The position numbers were made by a program, and so were the translations under genes. Shown here piece by piece: positions 1 to 9,837 of a DNA stretch of 45,816 nt. The stretch comes from an uncultured Actinomycetes bacterium (GTDB taxonomy: Bacteria > Actinomycetota > Actinomycetes > S36-B12): assembly GCA_913061025.1 (NCBI GenBank), contig CAJXUJ010000001.1, positions 1 to 45,816 on the forward strand, written 5' to 3'. The stretch's first letter is position 1; every line of letters starts with the position of its first letter. The notes below the pieces were generated by a model. That model made no database searches. It was given only the letters and a program-made list of their open reading frames with translations, and was not told the origin of the DNA.

Positions 1-362
1 TGCCGGCCGGGCACCGCCGATCGGACAACGTCCCAGAAGGTGCCGGCGTACCGCTCGGCAACTGCTTGGACCAGCGCAAGAGTCTCCTCGGTCAGTGGCG
101 GGACGGCATCGACAACTCGTTCGATCGCCTTCGGTCGGTCGACATCAGCATCGCGTCGTCGTTCGATGACGTAGGCATCGCGCAGCCGCCCAGCAAAGCG
201 CACGCGAACACGGGACCCGACGACGGCCTCGGAATCGAGCTCGTCGGGAACCAGGTAGTCGAAATCCCGGTCGAGGTGCATAACCGCAAGATCGACGCGG
301 ACCCGTGCGATCGGATCCGCGGGCCCGATGTCGAGCCCGAGAGTGGTGCTGGCGCTAGACAC
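1..362 (-). CDS. priA: Primosomal protein N' (PriA helicase), N-terminal fragment; the CDS runs off the left edge of the window
   Basis: Absent from the ORF track because it has no in-window stop. Hand translation of the minus strand from GTG at 362..360 gives [120 protein letters not shown]... This fits the conserved PriA N-terminal region (HLDRxFDYxVP ... GxRVxVxFxGR). The GTG overlaps the metK stop by 8 nt, and metK-priA adjacency is the usual actinobacterial order. The exact start codon is uncertain. Confidence 0.8.
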   Translation of the reverse strand, partial: MSSASTTLGLDIGPADPIARVRVDLAVMHLDRDFDYLVPDELDSEAVVGSRVRVRFAGRLRDAYVIERRRDADVDRPKAIERVVDAVPPLTEETLALVQAVAERYAGTFWDVVRSAVPGR

Positions 363-1605
363 CCGAGGCGGCGCGCAGGTCTTCCGCTCGGTCGGTGGCC
401 TCCCAGGTAAAGGTCGGGCCGACCTCGCTACGCGACGCAGGATCGTCGGAGTCCAGCAGTTGGTTCACACCCTGCGGACGACCGAAGTGACCGTAGGCGC
501 TGGTGATCCGGTAGATCGGGCGCAGCAGGTCGAGGTCGCGGATGATCGCGGCTGGGCGCAGGTCGAAGACCTTGAGGACCGCTTCTTGGATCTGCTCGTC
601 GCTCATGATGCCGGTGCCGAAGGTTTCGACGAAGACGCCGACCGGGTGCGAGACGCCAATGGCGTACGCGACCTGGACCTCGCAGCGGGTAGCAAGCCCC
701 GCGGCAACAACGTTCTTGGCAACCCAACGCATCGCATAGGTGGCCGAGCGGTCGACCTTTGACGGATCCTTGCCCGAGAACGCACCACCACCATGGCGAG
801 CCATGCCGCCGTAGGTGTCGACGATGATCTTGCGTCCGGTGAGACCAGCGTCGCCCATCGGGCCACCAACCTCGAATCGGCCGGTCGGGTTGACCAGGAG
901 TCGGTAGTCGCGGCTGTCCACGTCGAAGGTCTCGAGGATTGGCTCGACCACATGCCGACGAATGTCTGGGGCGAGGGTCTTGTCGAGGTCGATCTCGGCG
1001 GCGTGCTGGCTGCTGACGACGATGGTGTCGATGCCCATCGGCTTGTCGTCCTCGTCGTAACGGATGGTGACCTGGGTCTTGCCGTCCGGACGCAGGTAGT
1101 CCAGCGTGCCGTCCTTGCGCTTGGCGGTGAGCTGCTCGCTGAGGCGGTGCGCCATTGAGATCGGTAGCGGCATGAGCTCGGGGGTGTCGGTGCACGCGTA
1201 GCCGAACATCAGACCCTGGTCACCGGCGCCCTGGCGGTCCAGCGGATCCTCGCTGCCGTCGGCGCGCTCCTCGTAGGCGTCGTCGACACCCTGCGCGATA
1301 TCCGGGGACTGCTTACCGATCGAGACGCTGATGCCGCAGGACTCGCCGTCGAAGCCCTTAACCGAGGAGTCGTAGCCGATGCCGAGCACCGCCTGACGCA
1401 CGAGGTTCATGACGTCTGCGAAGCCCTCAGTGGTCACCTCGCCGGCGACGTGCACCTGACCAGTAGTCAGCATCGTCTCCACGGCCACACGGCTGCGGGG
1501 ATCCTGTCGGAGCAGGTCGTCGAGAATGGCGTCGCTGATTTGGTCGGCCATCTTGTCCGGATGACCCTCAGTAACCGACTCGGATGTGAAAAGACGTTGC
1601 GACAC
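355..1605 (-). CDS. metK: S-adenosylmethionine synthetase
   Basis: 416-aa ORF. Shows [41 protein letters not shown] and [16 protein letters not shown], all classic MetK signatures. The GTG start at 1605 is preceded by GAGGGAG 4 nt upstream. Confidence 0.98.
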   Translation of the reverse strand: MSQRLFTSESVTEGHPDKMADQISDAILDDLLRQDPRSRVAVETMLTTGQVHVAGEVTTEGFADVMNLVRQAVLGIGYDSSVKGFDGESCGISVSIGKQSPDIAQGVDDAYEERADGSEDPLDRQGAGDQGLMFGYACTDTPELMPLPISMAHRLSEQLTAKRKDGTLDYLRPDGKTQVTIRYDEDDKPMGIDTIVVSSQHAAEIDLDKTLAPDIRRHVVEPILETFDVDSRDYRLLVNPTGRFEVGGPMGDAGLTGRKIIVDTYGGMARHGGGAFSGKDPSKVDRSATYAMRWVAKNVVAAGLATRCEVQVAYAIGVSHPVGVFVETFGTGIMSDEQIQEAVLKVFDLRPAAIIRDLDLLRPIYRITSAYGHFGRPQGVNQLLDSDDPASRSEVGPTFTWEATDRAEDLRAASGV

Positions 1606-1621
1606 GAGACTCCCTCAGCAG

Positions 1622-1646
1622 CGAAAACAGGCGGGGCCGAGCCCCG
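1622..1646 (-). terminator. GC-rich hairpin followed by a short U tract between coaBC and metK; a weak terminator or attenuator-like element
   Basis: The minus-strand RNA reads CGGGGC-UCG-GCCCCG (6-bp all-GC stem, 1632..1646), then CCUGUUUUCG. An alternative overlapping hairpin is CGAGCC-GAACGG-GGCUCG (1638..1655). The U tract is only 4 nt and the metK start lies about 17 nt downstream, so full termination is doubtful. Confidence 0.25.
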
Positions 1647-1661
1647 TTCGGCTCGTGGAGT

Positions 1662-2885
1662 CTAGCGATCTGCGGTGATGATGTCCCATAAGCCGTCCGC
1701 CGCGTCAGCTTTGCTGACCCCGGTGAGGTGAGCACGCTCCCCTTCGGCGGACAGGATCAGAATCGAGGTGGACGATTCCCCGAAGACGGCCCCACCCGAG
1801 ACCTCGTTCGCAACGAGGTAATCGCAGCCCTTGCGGGCGAGTTTCGCTTGTGCTCGCTCGGCCAGCGTTTCGCCGTCATGCGGGGTCTCGGCGGCAAAGC
1901 CGACGACGACGGGACGAGTCGCCGATCCCCGCTTGGCCACGATCTCGGCGAGCACGTCGGTGGTCTGTTCCAAGATCAGCTGGGGTGCAGCCCCATCGAG
2001 GGACTCCTTGGTGATCTTGCCTTCGCCGGAGGTGACCGGCCGGAAGTCGGCCACCGCGGCCGCCATGACGACGACGTCCGGGTCCTGTCCGGCGATGGCA
2101 TCGTGCATCGCCACGCGCAGTTCTTCGGCCGTGCCGATCTCGATCACCGTGCAGCCGGGTGGGACGGGATCCTCGGTATTCCCGACCACGAGCGTCACCG
2201 AGGCCCCGCGTGCGAGTGCGGTCCTAGCGAGCGCGAAGCCTTGACGCCCGCTGCTGCGGTTACCGAGGAAGCGGACGTCGTCCCAGGGCTCTTGAGTACC
2301 ACCCGCGCTAATGACGATGTGGGTTCCGGCGAGGTCGAGGCCGGTGCGAGATCTGTCGCTGCGGAGAAGTTCGCGGACCATGTCGGCGATCAGTGAGGGA
2401 TCGGGAAGCCGACCGGGACCGGAGTCCGCTCCGGTCAGCCGGCCATCGTCGGGATCCAGGACGATCGCACCACGCTCACGCAGGGTGCGGACGTTCGCCT
2501 GAGTAGCCGGGTGCTGCCACATCTCCGTGTGCATGGCGGGGGCGATGATCACCGGGCCGTGGGCCGTCAGGAGAACGTTGGTGAGCAGATCGTTAGCGAT
2601 GCCGTGAGCCGCTCGAGCCAGGAAATCGGCCGTTGCCGGGGCGATGACGACGGCATCGGCCTGCTGACCGAGGCGCACGTGGGGCACGTCCTGGGCGGCG
2701 GTCCACACGTCGGTGGCGACCGGGCGCCCGGAGAGCGCAGCCCAGGTGGGTTCGCCCACGAAGTTCAAAGCAGAAGAGGTCGGGACAACAGTGACGTCCA
2801 CACCCGATTCCCGGAGCTCACGTAACAAGGTGACCGCTTTGTAAGCGGCGATGCCTCCGGTGACCCCGAGGACGATCTCGGTCAT
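1662..2885 (-). CDS. coaBC: Bifunctional phosphopantothenoylcysteine decarboxylase / phosphopantothenate-cysteine ligase
   Basis: 407 aa. The N-terminal flavoprotein half (IVLGVTGGIAAYKAV) is fused to a CoaB-like half (ISAGGTQEPWDDVRFLGNRSSGRQG). ATG at 2885. The position between rpoZ and metK is the conserved one. Confidence 0.95.
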   Translation of the reverse strand: MTEIVLGVTGGIAAYKAVTLLRELRESGVDVTVVPTSSALNFVGEPTWAALSGRPVATDVWTAAQDVPHVRLGQQADAVVIAPATADFLARAAHGIANDLLTNVLLTAHGPVIIAPAMHTEMWQHPATQANVRTLRERGAIVLDPDDGRLTGADSGPGRLPDPSLIADMVRELLRSDRSRTGLDLAGTHIVISAGGTQEPWDDVRFLGNRSSGRQGFALARTALARGASVTLVVGNTEDPVPPGCTVIEIGTAEELRVAMHDAIAGQDPDVVVMAAAVADFRPVTSGEGKITKESLDGAAPQLILEQTTDVLAEIVAKRGSATRPVVVGFAAETPHDGETLAERAQAKLARKGCDYLVANEVSGGAVFGESSTSILILSAEGERAHLTGVSKADAADGLWDIITADR

Positions 2886-2902
2886 GCCGACCGCTGGTCC
2901 GA

Positions 2903-3247
2903 CTACTCGGAATCCTCGCCCGCGGCGAACGGATCGGCTGCTGCAACTGCCTGCGCGGCTGCCTGCTCCTCTGCGGCTTCCGCAGCGGCCTGGGCTGGAT
3001 CGAAGGGTTCGGCGGTGAGAAGACCCGCATCGATCTCACGCATGGCGATCGAAAGCGGCTTCTCTTGAACGTAGGTCTCAACGAGCGGGCCTACGTACTC
3101 GAGTAGCCCTTCACCGAGCTGGGAGTAGTAGGCGTTGATCTGGCGCGCGCGCTTGGCGGCGTAGCTCACCAACGAGTACTTGGAGTCGGTCTTCTCCAAC
3201 AGCGCGTCGATCGAGGGATAGGTGATGCCCTCAGGTTGGGAAGTCAC
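2903..3247 (-). CDS. rpoZ: DNA-directed RNA polymerase subunit omega
   Basis: Within the 156-aa ORF, the conserved RpoZ sequence begins at the GTG at 3247: [56 protein letters not shown]. The upstream Arg-rich 42 codons look non-coding. The Ala/Glu-rich acidic tail is typical of actinobacterial omega. Confidence 0.93.
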   Translation of the reverse strand: MTSQPEGITYPSIDALLEKTDSKYSLVSYAAKRARQINAYYSQLGEGLLEYVGPLVETYVQEKPLSIAMREIDAGLLTAEPFDPAQAAAEAAEEQAAAQAVAAADPFAAGEDSE

Positions 3248-3318
3248 AGAGATTGCCCCATTCGTGGTGTCTTGATGTTCTGCGTGCAATCCGCGCCGTG
3301 TTCGGCGCGAAGTGGCCG

Positions 3319-3909
3319 CTACCCGGACGAGGGTCCGCCCAAGCCGGCACACTCTACCAAGGCGGCGGCGCACTCTCCTACGTCGGCATTGACCAGGACG
3401 TAGTCGAACTCCCCCGCTGCAGCCAGTTCTTCCTCCGCCGCCGCGAGCCTGGCGCGTATTGCCTCGGGATCCTCGGTGCCACGTCCGGCGAGCCGGGCAC
3501 GCAGGACCGCTTCGCTCGGGGGTGCCAGGAAGATCAACGTGGCGTCCGGGACGGCCTTACGAACCTGCCGGGCCCCCTGGACCTCGATCTCGAGCAGCAC
3601 CGGTTGGCCGGCAGCTCGCCGCTTCTCCACAGCCGACCGCGGGGTGCCGTATCTATTGCCAGCGAATTCGGCCCATTCGAGCAGGCCATCGCCGTCGACC
3701 AACGCGGCGAATTCCTCCGGGGTCGTGAAGAAATACTCCACGCCCTCGGTCTCCCCCGCCCGCGGCGCGCGAGTTGTAGCCGACACCGAGAGCCACACGT
3801 GCGGGCACCGGCGCAGGACTTCGGCGACAACGGTGCTCTTGCCAACACCGGAAGGACCGCTGACGACGACGAGCGGAGGGTGACCGCCAGTGGTGGGTTC
3901 GCTACTCAT
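3319..3909 (-). CDS. gmk: Guanylate kinase
   Basis: Shows the P-loop [18 protein letters not shown] and YGT motifs. The ORF-track start at 3921 is a TTG. The ATG at 3909 forms an ATGA overlap with the pyrF stop, so I prefer it. Confidence 0.93.
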   Translation of the reverse strand: MSSEPTTGGHPPLVVVSGPSGVGKSTVVAEVLRRCPHVWLSVSATTRAPRAGETEGVEYFFTTPEEFAALVDGDGLLEWAEFAGNRYGTPRSAVEKRRAAGQPVLLEIEVQGARQVRKAVPDATLIFLAPPSEAVLRARLAGRGTEDPEAIRARLAAAEEELAAAGEFDYVLVNADVGECAAALVECAGLGGPSSG

Positions 3910-4625
3910 GCGGGCCGACAATCGGCAGCGATTGCTTCGGCCGCGGAGCCGACGTCTGGCTGCCCGGTGATGGGGCGGCCGATGACCAGCAGGTCAGCGC
4001 CGTCGGCGAGCGCCTGCTCGGGCGTAGCGGCGCGACGCTGGTCATTGGCCTCTGCCCCCGCGGGACGGATTCCAGGAGTGATCAGATGGACGTCTGAGGG
4101 AACGAATGCGCGAAGCGATGCGACCTCCTGCGGTGAACACACCAGCGCGCGCGCTCCAGCATCAAGTGCAAGCCTGGCCCAGCGACCCACAATTTCCTCG
4201 GGGCTGCCATCGATGCCAAGTGCACGGGTTTGATCAGAGTCCAAACTGGTGAGCAGCGTTACCGCCGTGATGCGCGTGTCCGGAAGTGCCTCGGCCGCCT
4301 CTGTAATCATCTCCGGCCCCCCGGAGGCGTGCACGGTCAGGTACGCCGGATTCAACGAGGCGACCGACCTCGCGGCCCCGCGCACGGTGGCCGGGATGTC
4401 GTGCAATTTGAGATCCAAGAAAACATCGATGTTGTCGTGACCGGCACCCGAGGCAGCGGCTCGTGCGACGTCCACACTGCGATGACCGTCACGACAGAAT
4501 GCCTCCAGCCCAACCTTGACGCAACGCACGTGCGGGGCGACAGATTCGGCCCAGTCCGACATTGTCGGCAGGTCCGGTGCATCAAGCGCCACAGCAATCG
4601 GTGCGTACTGCGGTGTGTCAGACAC
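3906..4625 (-). CDS. pyrF: Orotidine 5'-phosphate decarboxylase
   Basis: 239 aa. Shows IAVALD ... VKVG ... [13 protein letters not shown] ... LLVIGRPI, the OMP decarboxylase signature. GTG start at 4625 with GGGAGA 8 nt upstream. Confidence 0.93.
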   Translation of the reverse strand: MSDTPQYAPIAVALDAPDLPTMSDWAESVAPHVRCVKVGLEAFCRDGHRSVDVARAAASGAGHDNIDVFLDLKLHDIPATVRGAARSVASLNPAYLTVHASGGPEMITEAAEALPDTRITAVTLLTSLDSDQTRALGIDGSPEEIVGRWARLALDAGARALVCSPQEVASLRAFVPSDVHLITPGIRPAGAEANDQRRAATPEQALADGADLLVIGRPITGQPDVGSAAEAIAADCRPA

Positions 4626-4640
4626 TGGGGCGATCTCCCG

Positions 4641-5684
4641 TCATTCGGTGATGAAGTCCCACTCATCGAGGGCGCTGGACTCCGGGGCCACCGGAATCGG
4701 GGCATCCTCACTTCGGTGCGCGTATCCGATCAGGTCCTCAACCTTGGAAAAGCCCCGGGCCTTGACTTCTTGCGCGAGCTCGTCGTGGATCCGAGCCGGT
4801 GCCTTGGGATCGTTGAAGACTGCCGTGCCAACCGACACGGCGGTTGCGCCGGCCAGCATGAATTCCAGGGCATCACGGCCGGATCGAATTCCGCCCATAC
4901 CGATGATCGGTACCTGCGGAAACGCTTGGCGAACCTGCCACACGCACCGCACAGCCACAGGCCGAATCGCCGGTCCCGAGAGACCACCGGTGACGCCCGC
5001 GAGCGCCGGGCGCATCGTCGACGTGTCGATCACCATGCCAAGCAACGTGTTGATCAGGGACAGGCCCGTGGCTCCCGCTTTGATGACCGAATCGGCAATC
5101 TCCACGATGTCGGTGACATCTGGAGAGAGTTTCGCGAAGATCGGAACCCGGGAGTCTGAATTGCGGCGAACAGCCTGAACAACCTGCGCTGCCGATTCCG
5201 CTCGACACGCGAAGACCTGTCCGCGGTCAGCCACGTTCGGGCAGGAAATGTTGACCTCGATGGCCTCGAAACCGCCGGCAGCTCGGAGCTTGGATGCTAA
5301 ACGCGAGTACTCATCGACCGTCTCACCCGCGATGGAGATGATCGTGCGTGCTCCACGCTGGTTCAGCCACGCCAAATCGTTCTCGATAAAGGAATCAATG
5401 CCCGGGCCCTGCAGGCCGATCGAGTTGAGCATGCCGCTCGGCGTCTCGGACATGCGCGGCGTGGCCCGTCCGGCCCGGGGCTTGAGCATGATGCTCTTCG
5501 TCACGACGGCCCCGAGACGGGTGATGTCGAAAAAGCCGTCGAGTTCTCTGCCGGCTGCTGCGCACCCACTCGCGGTGAGGATCGGACTCGGCATCGGGAT
5601 ACCAGCAAGGTCCACCTGCATATCCGCCCCGGCATTGGAATCCGGATTCGATCTCGAACCCCCGAGGATCAACGCCCTACTCAT
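4641..5684 (-). CDS. pyrD: Dihydroorotate dehydrogenase, class 1B catalytic subunit
   Basis: 347 aa. Shows SPILTASGCAAAG, NSIGLQGPG, NISCPNV (catalytic Cys typical of class 1) and IIGMGGIRSGRDALEFMLAGA. The ATG at 5684 makes an ATGA overlap with the stop of the electron-transfer subunit gene. Confidence 0.92.
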   Translation of the reverse strand: MSRALILGGSRSNPDSNAGADMQVDLAGIPMPSPILTASGCAAAGRELDGFFDITRLGAVVTKSIMLKPRAGRATPRMSETPSGMLNSIGLQGPGIDSFIENDLAWLNQRGARTIISIAGETVDEYSRLASKLRAAGGFEAIEVNISCPNVADRGQVFACRAESAAQVVQAVRRNSDSRVPIFAKLSPDVTDIVEIADSVIKAGATGLSLINTLLGMVIDTSTMRPALAGVTGGLSGPAIRPVAVRCVWQVRQAFPQVPIIGMGGIRSGRDALEFMLAGATAVSVGTAVFNDPKAPARIHDELAQEVKARGFSKVEDLIGYAHRSEDAPIPVAPESSALDEWDFITE

Positions 5685-6538
5685 GCGGACTCCTCAGCAT
5701 CAGGCGCCCCGAAAGCATCCGCGGGAATCGTGTTGATCTCCTGCCAGCGCACTCGATCGCCTCGGAACACCGGGCCGTCCACGCAGGATCGGACCATCCG
5801 GGTGACACCATCGTCACCAACGACGGGAAGCACGCACGTCATGCAGACTCCGATGCCACACGCCATCGATTCCTCGACGGCGCACTGACTGAACACACGG
5901 CGCTTGGTCGAGATCCGCGCAACTTCCGCCAGCATGGGCATCGGACCGCAGGCGTAGACGACATCTGCACCCGCACGCTCCATAACGTCGTCGAGCACAT
6001 CGGTGACTCTCCCCCGCACACCTGAACTGCCGTCGTCGGTGGTGATGGTCAAATGCGATGCAAGCCGCTTCAGATCAAGGACTCCGAAGAGCTTGTCCTC
6101 GGTTGAGGCCCCGACAACGATGTCCACCCGACAGCCGCGATCACGAAGGGCCTGGGCGAGAAGGAACAACGGGGCGCTTCCGTAGCCACCACCGACAAGG
6201 ACACACGAAACTCCCTGCTTCGGCAGGGTAAAGGGTCGTCCGAGCGGACCCACGAGGTTCACGGTGTCGTGGCGGCGTCGTTCGGACAGCCACTTGGTTC
6301 CTCGGCCTTGAATGGCAATCGCAACGTCGAGTGTTCCGCCGTAGACACCTCGCGAGGTCACCTGATGAATTGCAAACGCTCGCCGCAGCACCATGCTCGA
6401 CTCCTCGCCACCCATCGCCAACGTGATGAAGTGACCGGGTTGGACGGTCTCTGCAACGCCAGGGGCGGTCAACGAAAGAACGTGGTAATCACCTACGCGA
6501 CGGTTGTCGAGGATCTCCGAGACGATCTGCTGGGCCAT
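5681..6538 (-). CDS. pyrK: Dihydroorotate dehydrogenase electron-transfer subunit (FAD / 2Fe-2S)
   Basis: The real start is the ATG at 6538 ([23 protein letters not shown]). The upstream 45 codons of the ORF overlap carB. Shows a ferredoxin-reductase fold (RRAFAI, VGGGYGSAPL) and a C-terminal Cys cluster, ACGIGVCMTC ... RSCVDGPVF. It overlaps the carB stop by 1 nt (TGATG). Confidence 0.9.
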   Translation of the reverse strand: MAQQIVSEILDNRRVGDYHVLSLTAPGVAETVQPGHFITLAMGGEESSMVLRRAFAIHQVTSRGVYGGTLDVAIAIQGRGTKWLSERRRHDTVNLVGPLGRPFTLPKQGVSCVLVGGGYGSAPLFLLAQALRDRGCRVDIVVGASTEDKLFGVLDLKRLASHLTITTDDGSSGVRGRVTDVLDDVMERAGADVVYACGPMPMLAEVARISTKRRVFSQCAVEESMACGIGVCMTCVLPVVGDDGVTRMVRSCVDGPVFRGDRVRWQEINTIPADAFGAPDAEESA

Positions 6539-9500
6539 CAGTTCTCCTCCGCGGCTCGGAGACGCGCGAGGTCCGCGCCGTGTTCCTGCAGGGAACGAAC
6601 GCCGGGATCTCCCGCAACGAGAGCGTCGATGCCCTGAACTGCTGCACTGAGACCCTGGACTGTCGTGACGCACGGAACACCCTTGGTGACCGCTGCAGTT
6701 CGGATCTCATAACCGTCGACCCGGGGCCCCACTCCGTACGGGGTGTTCACGATCAGATCGATTTCTCCAGCCATGATGGCGTCGACGGTGGTCGGCGATC
6801 CGTCTTCCCCGCGACCTTCGTGCTGCTTGCGCAGGACCTCAACCTTTACACCGTTGCGACGCAGCACCTCGGCCGTTCCCTGCGTGGCGTAGATCCGAAA
6901 ACCCAGATCGGCCAGGCGCTTGACCGGGAACACCGCCGCCCGCTTGTCGCGATTAGCCAGGGACACGAAGGCAGCACCCGAGGTCGGAAGACCGCCCGAG
7001 AACGCTCCCTGCTGGGACTTCGCGAACGCGACCCCAAAGGAATCGTCGATGCCCATGACCTCACCGGTGGATCGCATTTCCGGCCCTAGTACCGCGTCAA
7101 CGCCGTGGAATCGGCCGAACGGCAACACGGCTTCCTTCACCGCGATCGCGCTTCCCGGGGGTATTGCTCCACCATCACCGCGGCGCGGCAGCAGACCTTC
7201 CTCGCGGAGTTCGGCGATGGATGCGCCGAGCATGATCCGCGCGGCGGCCTTGGCGACGGGAACGCCGGTGGCCTTCGAGACGAACGGCACCGTGCGCGAG
7301 GCTCTCGGGTTGGCCTCGAGTACGTACAAGGTGTCCTGAGCCAACGCGAACTGCACATTCAACAGCCCGCGCACACCAACGCCTTCGGCGATCGCGCGGG
7401 TGGACTCGCGGATCCGATCGATGTCGGCTTCACCGAGGGTCATCGGAGGCAGGGCACACGCGGAATCGCCGGAGTGGATGCCGGCTTCCTCGATGTGCTC
7501 CATGACCCCGGCGAGATACATGTCACGGCCGTCATACAACGCGTCGACATCGATCTCGATGGCGTCGTCGAGGAAGCGGTCAACCAGAACCGGGTGCTCC
7601 CGAGTGACCTCCGTCGAGCGTTCGAGGTAGTCGGCCAACATGGCGTCGTCGTAGACGATTTCCATGCCACGACCACCGAGCACATAACTGGGGCGCACGA
7701 GAACCGGGTATCCCACACGAGCGGCGATTGCCTGGGCTTCGTCGAAACTCTGCGCTGTTCCGTGGTCGGGTGCGGGCAAACCTGCCTCGGCAAGGACCCG
7801 GCCGAATGCTCCGCGCTCCTCGGCAAGGTGGATGGCCGCCGGCGAGGTCCCCACAATCGGAACCCCGGCATCGGCGAGACGTTGCGCGAGTCCCAGCGGA
7901 GTCTGACCGCCCAGTTGCACGATCACACCCGCAACCTTCCCGCGCCGCTGTTCGGCATGCACCACCTCGAGGACGTCCTCGCAGGTGAGCGGTTCGAAGT
8001 ACAGGCGGTCGGAGGTGTCGTAGTCGGTGGACACAGTCTCTGGGTTGCAGTTGACCATGACGGTCTCGTATCCCGCCGCGGACAACTCCAGTGCTGCGTG
8101 CACGCACGAGTAATCGAACTCGATTCCCTGCCCGATGCGGTTGGGTCCAGAGCCCAAGATGATCACCTTGTCACGATCCGACGGCTCGGATTCGTCTTCT
8201 TCGTCGTAGGACGAGTAGTGGTACGGAGTCTTGGCCTCGAACTCCGCCGCGCACGTATCGACGGTCTTGTAGACCGGACGAAGCCCCCACGAATGCCGTA
8301 GTTCTCGAACCTCGTCCTCGGACAGACCGCGGAGCGACCCGATCTGTGCGTCACTGAAGCCGAGCCGCTTGGCGTCTTCCATGAGGTGCCGGTCGAGTGC
8401 ATCGGCACCGGCGAGTGCATCGGCCATCTCGTTGATCTGACAGATCTGATCGAGGAACCACGGATCGATTCCGGTGGCCTCGTAGACGGCGTCGATTCCA
8501 GCACCGGCCCACAGCGCCTTCTGGACCAAGGAAAGCCGACCGTCGTGCGGACGGCGCATGAGATCCAAGAGCTCGGGAACGTCCACATCTTCCGGCGCAT
8601 TACCCGGCCACGAGAAGATCGCCGAAGGTCGCTCCATCGACCGCAGGGCCTTCTGCAGCGCCTCGGGGAAATTGCGGCCGATCGCCATTGCCTCGCCGAC
8701 GCTCTTCATCGTGGTGGTCAGCGTCGAATCCGCCCCCGGGAATTTTTCGAAGGCGAAACGCGGAACCTTGACCACGATGTAATCGAGGGTCGGCTCGAAC
8801 GATGCAGGGGTCTCCTGGGTGATGTCGTTGGGGATCTCATCGAGTGTGTAGCCGATCGCTAGGCGCGCGGCGATCTTGGCGATCGGAAAGCCGGTGGCCT
8901 TCGATGCCAGCGCCGACGAACGCGAGACGCGTGGGTTCATCTCGATGACAATCATCCGGCCGTCGTCGGGGTTGATGGCGAACTGGATATTGCAGCCACC
9001 GGTGTCGACGCCGACAGCTCGGATGATCGCGATACCCACATCGCGCATGTGCTGGTACTCGCGGTCGGTGAGAGTGAGCGACGGAGCGACGGTGATGGAG
9101 TCACCGGTGTGCACACCCATCGGATCGACGTTCTCGATCGAGCACACGACCACGACGTTGTCGTTCTTGTCGCGCATCAACTCGAGTTCGAATTCCTTCC
9201 ACCCGATGATCGACTCTTCGAGCAGAACCTCGGTGGTGGGGCTGGCCTGCAGACCGGCTCCAGCGATGCGCTCGAGATCCTCGGGGTCATATGCGATACC
9301 CGATCCAGCACCACCCATCGTGAACGAGGGCCGCACCACCACGGGGTAGCCGAGATCCTCGGTGGCCGCAAAGCACTCATCGAGGCTGTGGCAGATGACC
9401 GAGCGTGCGCTGGCGCCACCGATCGACTCGACGATCGCGCGGAATTTCTCGCGATTCTCGCCGCGTTCGATCGCATCGACATCGGCACCGATGAGTTCGA

Positions 9501-9837
9501 CTCCGTAGCGCTCGAGCACTCCGGCGTTGTGCATTGCAATGGCGGTGTTCAGCGCCGTTTGCCCACCGAGGGTCGGCAACAGCGCATCGGGGCGTTCCTT
9601 GGCGATGATGCGCTCGACGTATTCGGGCGTGATGGGTTCGACGTACGTTGCATCCGCGAACTCCGGGTCGGTCATGATCGTCGCGGGGTTGGAGTTCACC
9701 AGAATCACGCGCAGGCCCTCGGCTTTGAGAACGCGGCACGCTTGGGTGCCGGAGTAGTCGAACTCGCAGGCCTGTCCGATCACGATCGGGCCAGACCCGA
9801 TCACCATGACCGACTGGATGTCGTCACGACGAGGCAT
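6538..9837 (-). CDS. carB: Carbamoyl-phosphate synthase large subunit
   Basis: Starts at the ATG at 9837 ([33 protein letters not shown]). Has a duplicated ATP-grasp architecture, with the second repeat at [24 protein letters not shown]. About 1099 aa. The N-terminal 53 codons of the track ORF overlap carA and are not conserved-looking. Confidence 0.97.
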   Translation of the reverse strand: MPRRDDIQSVMVIGSGPIVIGQACEFDYSGTQACRVLKAEGLRVILVNSNPATIMTDPEFADATYVEPITPEYVERIIAKERPDALLPTLGGQTALNTAIAMHNAGVLERYGVELIGADVDAIERGENREKFRAIVESIGGASARSVICHSLDECFAATEDLGYPVVVRPSFTMGGAGSGIAYDPEDLERIAGAGLQASPTTEVLLEESIIGWKEFELELMRDKNDNVVVVCSIENVDPMGVHTGDSITVAPSLTLTDREYQHMRDVGIAIIRAVGVDTGGCNIQFAINPDDGRMIVIEMNPRVSRSSALASKATGFPIAKIAARLAIGYTLDEIPNDITQETPASFEPTLDYIVVKVPRFAFEKFPGADSTLTTTMKSVGEAMAIGRNFPEALQKALRSMERPSAIFSWPGNAPEDVDVPELLDLMRRPHDGRLSLVQKALWAGAGIDAVYEATGIDPWFLDQICQINEMADALAGADALDRHLMEDAKRLGFSDAQIGSLRGLSEDEVRELRHSWGLRPVYKTVDTCAAEFEAKTPYHYSSYDEEDESEPSDRDKVIILGSGPNRIGQGIEFDYSCVHAALELSAAGYETVMVNCNPETVSTDYDTSDRLYFEPLTCEDVLEVVHAEQRRGKVAGVIVQLGGQTPLGLAQRLADAGVPIVGTSPAAIHLAEERGAFGRVLAEAGLPAPDHGTAQSFDEAQAIAARVGYPVLVRPSYVLGGRGMEIVYDDAMLADYLERSTEVTREHPVLVDRFLDDAIEIDVDALYDGRDMYLAGVMEHIEEAGIHSGDSACALPPMTLGEADIDRIRESTRAIAEGVGVRGLLNVQFALAQDTLYVLEANPRASRTVPFVSKATGVPVAKAAARIMLGASIAELREEGLLPRRGDGGAIPPGSAIAVKEAVLPFGRFHGVDAVLGPEMRSTGEVMGIDDSFGVAFAKSQQGAFSGGLPTSGAAFVSLANRDKRAAVFPVKRLADLGFRIYATQGTAEVLRRNGVKVEVLRKQHEGRGEDGSPTTVDAIMAGEIDLIVNTPYGVGPRVDGYEIRTAAVTKGVPCVTTVQGLSAAVQGIDALVAGDPGVRSLQEHGADLARLRAAEEN

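Noticed and set aside
66-410. A 114-aa plus-strand ORF at the left edge of the window.
   Set aside because: It is antisense to the PriA N-terminal coding sequence, which shows clear family motifs, and to the metK 3' end. It has no protein-like features.
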